Assembly (NCBI GenBank): GCA_026391005.1
Contig: JAPLEV010000053.1
Location: forward strand, 9,218 to 73,217
DNA from: Flavobacteriia bacterium
Lineage (GTDB): Bacteria > Bacteroidota > Bacteroidia > Flavobacteriales_D > Crocinitomicaceae
Direction of reading: 5' to 3'
DNA: 64,000 bases
How positions within the stretch are numbered: the stretch's first letter is position 1; every line of letters begins with the position of its first letter. The notes under the pieces are model-generated. The model saw only the letters and a program-made list of their open reading frames with translations, did not search any database and was not told where the DNA came from. This document shows, piece after piece, positions 59,209-64,000 of the stretch. The translations under genes and the position numbers were made by a program.

Positions 59209-60576
59209 TTATAAAAAGAATACTCCAAAAAAGGAAATAAGAATAATACCTATAATATTTAACACTAAACCGGCCCTTGCCATCTGTCCCATAGATACAA
59301 AACCAGAAGAAAAAACAATAGCGTTAGGCGGAGTTCCCATAGGAAGCATAAAGGCACAACTTGCCGCTAAGGTGAGGGGAATACATAATTGCAGAATATC
59401 AAAACCAGCAAATTTTGCGAAGGCAGCAACAATTGGAACACAAATAACTACCAAAGCTATGTTCGATAATAATTCTGATGCAAAAATAGTTATCGCGACC
59501 ATTGCAACAATAATGACAAATATCGATTCATTATTAAACGATGCGAGTACATCCGTTAATAAGGCAACTATACCATTCACTTCTAACATTTTAGCAAGCG
59601 CCAATCCACCTCCAAAGAGTATTAAAATTCCCCAAGGTAATTTTTCAGTATCCGACCAATTCAAAAGTGGCTTTTTCGTTTTATTAGCTGGAATAATAAA
59701 TAGTAAGACAGCGCCTAATATGGCAACGTTTTCATCGTCGTATTTTACTGGTGTAAGATCGTTGATTAAATCCTTGAAGATCCATAAAACCACCACCCCA
59801 CCAAAAACTAAGACCACTCTAATTTGTTCCGTGGACCAGGGTTTTTTCACAATTTTAAAATCATGTAAATCCAGTCGTTCTTTACCAAGCGAAAAATAAA
59901 AATAAACGTAAGTAATGAAAAGCATTAACAAACTAATAGGCAAAGCAATCTTCATCCATTCAAAAAACCCTATGGTAATCCCATAATTTTGTTCTAAAAT
60001 GGCAGCCATTTGGGTATTGGTTGGCGTCCCAACAAGCGTAGCCATTCCACCAATACTCGATGCATAAGCAATCGATAGCACTAAATAAAGACTAAATTTT
60101 GATTTTTGATGTTCTACAGGAAGTGCGTGAATTATAGCCATTGCCATGGGAAGCATCATTAGCGCAGTTGCGGTATTGGAAATCCACATACTAATCAATC
60201 CGGTACTAAAAATAAAACCAAGCAAAATTCTAGGTTTTGAATCCCCAACAATAGTTAATATTCCGTGGGCAATTTGTTCGTGAACCCGCCATTTTTCAAG
60301 ACCTAAGGCCAAGATAAATCCACCCAAAAACAAATAAACATTACTATTACCGTAAGCACTTGCTAATTCAGCAGGTTTAAGAATTCCAAGTGGAATAGCT
60401 AAAACCAAAGGGAGAAGCGCTGTTAAATAGATGGGGATGATCTCTAAAATCCATAAAAAAACCATTAATCCACCGAGTGCAACGGCATTCCAGAAAGTAG
60501 AATTTCCACCAGAGATAAACAAAGTGAAAAAGAAACCAATGAACCCTAACAAGGCAAAAATTGATTTCCACTTCAT
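59209..60576 (-). CDS. SLC13/DASS-family anion (sulfate/dicarboxylate) : sodium symporter
   Basis: About 12-14 TM segments. Conserved SNTA and GTPPN hairpin motifs (WISNTATALMM, MLPMGTPPNAIV). Confidence 0.8.
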   Translation of the reverse strand: MKWKSIFALLGFIGFFFTLFISGGNSTFWNAVALGGLMVFLWILEIIPIYLTALLPLVLAIPLGILKPAELASAYGNSNVYLFLGGFILALGLEKWRVHEQIAHGILTIVGDSKPRILLGFIFSTGLISMWISNTATALMMLPMAMAIIHALPVEHQKSKFSLYLVLSIAYASSIGGMATLVGTPTNTQMAAILEQNYGITIGFFEWMKIALPISLLMLFITYVYFYFSLGKERLDLHDFKIVKKPWSTEQIRVVLVFGGVVVLWIFKDLINDLTPVKYDDENVAILGAVLLFIIPANKTKKPLLNWSDTEKLPWGILILFGGGLALAKMLEVNGIVALLTDVLASFNNESIFVIIVAMVAITIFASELLSNIALVVICVPIVAAFAKFAGFDILQLCIPLTLAASCAFMLPMGTPPNAIVFSSGFVSMGQMARAGLVLNIIGIILISFFGVFFL

Positions 60577-60585
60577 CCTATCCTC

Positions 60586-60846
60586 TTACTTGTTTAAGGT
60601 ATTTAAAGCATCAACAAAGTAATCAGATTTAGTCTCAATATCAGTATAGATAGCTCTAAATGCAGCTTTGCCTTTCGCCTTGTTCATTTTGCTTAATTGA
60701 TCATCTTGAAAATCAACCACTTCTGTAATTAACTTTTCAGTTGCTTCTATTTTTTTTGAGTCAGCAATTTGGATAAAATAACACTCATCCACTACATCAA
60801 AAACCATTTCATTAAGGCCTTTCTTTAAACTTCTTTTATTTCCCAT
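60586..60846 (-). CDS. Hypothetical small cytoplasmic protein (86 aa)
   Basis: ORF only. It ends 9 bp upstream of the DASS transporter start. Confidence 0.5.
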   Translation of the reverse strand: MGNKRSLKKGLNEMVFDVVDECYFIQIADSKKIEATEKLITEVVDFQDDQLSKMNKAKGKAAFRAIYTDIETKSDYFVDALNTLNK

Positions 60847-60968
60847 TTTTATTTTTTTGAGTAAAAGTAATGCGATTATTCTAGTTTTTCACTCGATAGA
60901 CAAAGAAATTTGAGTTTGTAGTATAATGAAATCGCATCCATGCCTTAAGATTCCGTAATTTTGAGGTC

Positions 60969-62144
60969 ATGAAATACCCAATTATAAATTTAAGAAAAGC
61001 GAAAGATCATTCCGTATTAAGAAAGCACCCTTGGGTATTTTCAGGCGCGATTTATACCGATACCAGTGACATTAAAGACGGTGATATCGTAGCAGTTCAC
61101 AATCATCGAAACGACTTTTTAGCCATTGGTCATTTTCAGCATGCGACCATCTCAGTTAGAATTCAAACATTTAAAAATGAATTGATTAACGCGCATTTTT
61201 TTACTGAAAAACTCAAAAATGCCCTGCAGTTACGTTATGATTTGGGACTTGACAGCAAAGTGAATTCCATCTTTAGAATTTGTCATGGCGAAGGAGATGG
61301 ATTGCCAGGATTAATCATAGATTACTACAACGGCGTTGCCGTTATTCAATGTCATTCGATAGGTATGTATCATTGCATCGCGGATATCTCCCTTGCGCTT
61401 CAAACTATATTGAAGGATAAATTAACAGCTATTTATTCAAAATCTTCCGATACGCTATCGACCAAAAATGAGATCGAAGACGCTTATTTATTTGGCGCAT
61501 GTGAGCTACCTCATCAAGCAATGGAAAATGGCGTTAATTACCATATTGATTGGATAAATGGACAAAAAACAGGGTTTTTCATTGACCAAAGAGAAAACCG
61601 GGCGATCCTTGGCAGGTATGCAAAAGGGAAAAAGATATTGAACACTTTTTGCTATTCAGGTGGATTCAGCTTACAAGCGCTGTATAAAGGAGCAAACATT
61701 GTTCATTCCTTAGATAGTTCCAAAAAAGCCATTGCATTAACCGAAGAAAATATCTTACTAAATACATTTAAAGGAAATCATGCGTGTATTGTTGCAGACG
61801 CTATGGAATACCTAAAAGAAGTAGAAGAAGCGTACGATATTATAGTTATTGATCCACCTGCATTTGCTAAACACCGCGATAAGAGACACCAAGCGGTCCA
61901 AGGCTACAAGCGTTTGAATGCGCACGTATTTAGGCAAATCAAACCAGGCGGGATTATTTTTACTTTTTCCTGCTCACAAGTTGTGGACAAACAACTTTTC
62001 ACCAATACCATAATTGCGGCAGCCATTGAAGCGGGAAGAAACATTCGAATTTTAGAACAGTTACACCAACCGGCAGACCATCCAATCAGCGCATTTCACC
62101 CAGAAGGTGAGTATTTAAAAGGCTTAATTTTACAAGTGGAATAA
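60969..62144 (+). CDS. rlmI: Class I SAM-dependent 23S rRNA (cytosine-C5) methyltransferase, RlmI-like
   Basis: N-terminal PUA-like region (HPWVFSGAI), QKTGFFIDQREN, and a DPPAF motif. Confidence 0.82.
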   Translation: MKYPIINLRKAKDHSVLRKHPWVFSGAIYTDTSDIKDGDIVAVHNHRNDFLAIGHFQHATISVRIQTFKNELINAHFFTEKLKNALQLRYDLGLDSKVNSIFRICHGEGDGLPGLIIDYYNGVAVIQCHSIGMYHCIADISLALQTILKDKLTAIYSKSSDTLSTKNEIEDAYLFGACELPHQAMENGVNYHIDWINGQKTGFFIDQRENRAILGRYAKGKKILNTFCYSGGFSLQALYKGANIVHSLDSSKKAIALTEENILLNTFKGNHACIVADAMEYLKEVEEAYDIIVIDPPAFAKHRDKRHQAVQGYKRLNAHVFRQIKPGGIIFTFSCSQVVDKQLFTNTIIAAAIEAGRNIRILEQLHQPADHPISAFHPEGEYLKGLILQVE

Positions 62145-63472
62145 TGCTAGATTATCGCTACAAAACACTTTTAGGAGTCGCTTTACCCATGATGGTTTCT
62201 GGATTTATTCAATCGATCGTTTTAATTACCGACGCATCATTTATCAGCCGATATTCAACAGAAGCGTTTGATGCCTTGGGAAATGGCGGCTTGATTTACA
62301 TTACCTTTTACATGATGCTATTAGGGATGAGTGATGGTGCACAAATCATCATAGCTAGAAGAATTGGTGAAAATCGCCTTGAAACGATTGGCCGTGTATT
62401 TGGGACCAGTCTTTTTACATTGTTCCTCCTCGCGATAAGCATGTTTTCAATCCTTTATTTTTTAATACCCGATTGGATTATAAGTTATTCAGCTAATAAA
62501 AATATTGCTTCACTCCAAGGAGAATTCCTACACATCCGCTCCTTTTCCTTGTTTTTTGCCATGATTACATTATGTATCCAAGCGATGCTGATTGCTAAAG
62601 GAAGAACGGTGGTGGTATTAATTGCCGCATTAATTACCGCTGGAAGCAATGTCTTAATGGCTTATGCTTTCATTTTTGGAAATTTTGGAATGCCTAGATT
62701 AGGAATACAAGGAGCTGCCCTCGCCTCCACACTAGCCGATGCGTGTTGTATGCTGTTTTTAATTATTTATTTAATTAGGTCAAAAGAGCGAAAAGAATAC
62801 CGCTTATTTTCCTATTTTTCATTTCAGCTAAAATCATTTATCGAACTTCTCAAAGTGGGGACTCCCCTATTAATACAAGGATTCTTCGCCTTAGCGACCT
62901 GGACCATGTTTTTTACCTGGATTGAGCAAAAAGGGCAATATGATTTAACCGTTTCACAAAATATTAGGTCCATCTACTTTTTGGCCTTCGTCCCTATTTG
63001 GGGATTTGCAGGCACAACAAAAACCTATATTTCTCAATACATTGGTAGTGGAAAGCTAGAAGCATTACCCATTATACAACGCAGGATCCAATTACTAACC
63101 TTTGGCTTTTTACTCATTACATTTCATGGCGCTTTATTATATCCTGAAGCATTAATCAGAGCCATTAATCCTGCTGAAATTTACGTGCAAAAAAGCGCCG
63201 AAATATTGCGATTAATCTCGTGCTCTATATTATTATACGGATTGGTTTCTGTCTATTTTCAAACAATACACGGAAGCGGTAATACGCTCGTCTCCATGTC
63301 AATTGAAATAGTTTCCGTAGTCATCTATACTATTTTCAGCTACCTATTCATTAAAGTATTTCAATGGGACATTTATTGGATTTGGACTGTTGAATATATT
63401 TATTTTAGTATTTTAGGAGGCTTGTCCTTGTTTTATTTAACCTTTTACAATTGGAAAAAGAAAGTTTTATAA
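62144..63472 (+). CDS. MATE-family efflux transporter
   Basis: 12-TM polytopic protein of typical MATE length with an internal duplication. Its start overlaps the rlmI stop codon. Confidence 0.8.
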   Translation: MLDYRYKTLLGVALPMMVSGFIQSIVLITDASFISRYSTEAFDALGNGGLIYITFYMMLLGMSDGAQIIIARRIGENRLETIGRVFGTSLFTLFLLAISMFSILYFLIPDWIISYSANKNIASLQGEFLHIRSFSLFFAMITLCIQAMLIAKGRTVVVLIAALITAGSNVLMAYAFIFGNFGMPRLGIQGAALASTLADACCMLFLIIYLIRSKERKEYRLFSYFSFQLKSFIELLKVGTPLLIQGFFALATWTMFFTWIEQKGQYDLTVSQNIRSIYFLAFVPIWGFAGTTKTYISQYIGSGKLEALPIIQRRIQLLTFGFLLITFHGALLYPEALIRAINPAEIYVQKSAEILRLISCSILLYGLVSVYFQTIHGSGNTLVSMSIEIVSVVIYTIFSYLFIKVFQWDIYWIWTVEYIYFSILGGLSLFYLTFYNWKKKVL

Positions 63473-64000
63473 GTGATTGCCCTTCCTTACGGATTGTGTT
63501 TATGGGTACACCAGCCTTTGCCGTTAAGACGCTTGAAACAATTTTGGATAGCCATCATCAAGTGGTTGGTGTTGTTACTGCTATGGACAAACCGGCAGGT
63601 CGAGGAAAAAAAATTAAAGAAAGCGATGTCTCTGTCTTTGCGAAAGCGCAAGCGTTGAACGTCTTACAACCCGAAAACTTAAAAGACGAGCAGTTTGTTG
63701 CTCAATTAGAAGCGCTCAAAGCAGATCTATTTGTGGTGGTTGCCTTTCGAATGTTACCAAAAGTAATATGGACGATACCACCAAAAGGCACGATTAATTT
63801 ACATGCCTCACTACTTCCCGAACTACGCGGTGCAGCTCCCATAAATTGGGCAATAATGAATGGGCTCAGTGAAACCGGTGTAACCACCTTTTTCATTAAT
63901 GAAGTTATTGATACAGGAAAAATAATCGACCGACGCAAGGTGTCAATAAGTGAAAATATGAATTGCGGAGAGCTGCATGATTTATTGAAAAATGAAGGTG
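63451..64000 (+). CDS. fmt: Methionyl-tRNA formyltransferase (3' end lies outside the window; not in the supplied ORF track)
   Basis: My own translation of this frame gives ...SLRIVFMGTPAFAVKTLETILDSHHQVVGVVTAMDKPAGRGKK...HASLLPELRGAAPINWAIMNG. The start is ambiguous: TTG at 63451, GTG at 63496 or ATG at 63502. Confidence 0.85.
   Translation, partial: MEKESFISDCPSLRIVFMGTPAFAVKTLETILDSHHQVVGVVTAMDKPAGRGKKIKESDVSVFAKAQALNVLQPENLKDEQFVAQLEALKADLFVVVAFRMLPKVIWTIPPKGTINLHASLLPELRGAAPINWAIMNGLSETGVTTFFINEVIDTGKIIDRRKVSISENMNCGELHDLLKNEG

Noticed and set aside
63473-63938. Listed ORFs 63473-63658 (plus strand) and 63702-63938 (minus strand).
   Set aside because: Both overlap the clearly conserved fmt reading frame and have no motif content of their own.

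Overview
AT-rich chromosomal segment from a Bacteroidota (Flavobacteriia-like) genome. The phylum call rests on the conserved porU-porV / gldJ-murF gliding and type IX secretion (T9SS) neighbourhood, a T9SS C-terminal sorting domain on a large M4 protease, a GLPGLI-motif protein, a short (~290 aa) primary sigma factor, and TAnnTTTG-type -7 boxes. About 90% of the window is densely packed housekeeping: topB, argS, ftsK, priA, rpoD, trpS, gatC, rnz, pyrB/pyrR, ispF, murF, prfB, gcvH, gyrB, valS, pyrE, birA, rsfS-ftsH-cdsA-psd, rlmI and fmt. I saw no rRNA, CRISPR array, transposase, integrase or recognisable phage gene. The one clearly non-housekeeping region is a ~5.4 kb block (about 9.7-15.0 kb) immediately 3' of a tRNA-Ala(GGC). 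That tRNA is preceded by two 51-bp tandem copies of its own 5' end plus a palindromic hairpin. The block holds nine small uncharacterised secreted, membrane or lipoprotein genes. They include a YafK-like L,D-transpeptidase-fold protein, a membrane-anchored protein with LAS (MepA-like) zinc-peptidase motifs, two Cys-rich membrane proteins, a six-fold SKYDA-repeat secreted protein and a GLPGLI protein. This block is my best candidate for an undescribed cell-envelope or peptidoglycan-remodelling module. Other points worth a second look: an unusually long GldJ with a PorP/SprF gene inserted just upstream; a 12-nt x 9 tandem repeat encoding the FtsH C-terminal tail; a tiny secreted poly-Lys/CC-C-CC peptide at the end of the ftsH-cdsA-psd cluster; and many convergent or divergent gene junctions with zero or negative spacing. 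All functional calls come from motif and family recognition by eye; no database search was run.
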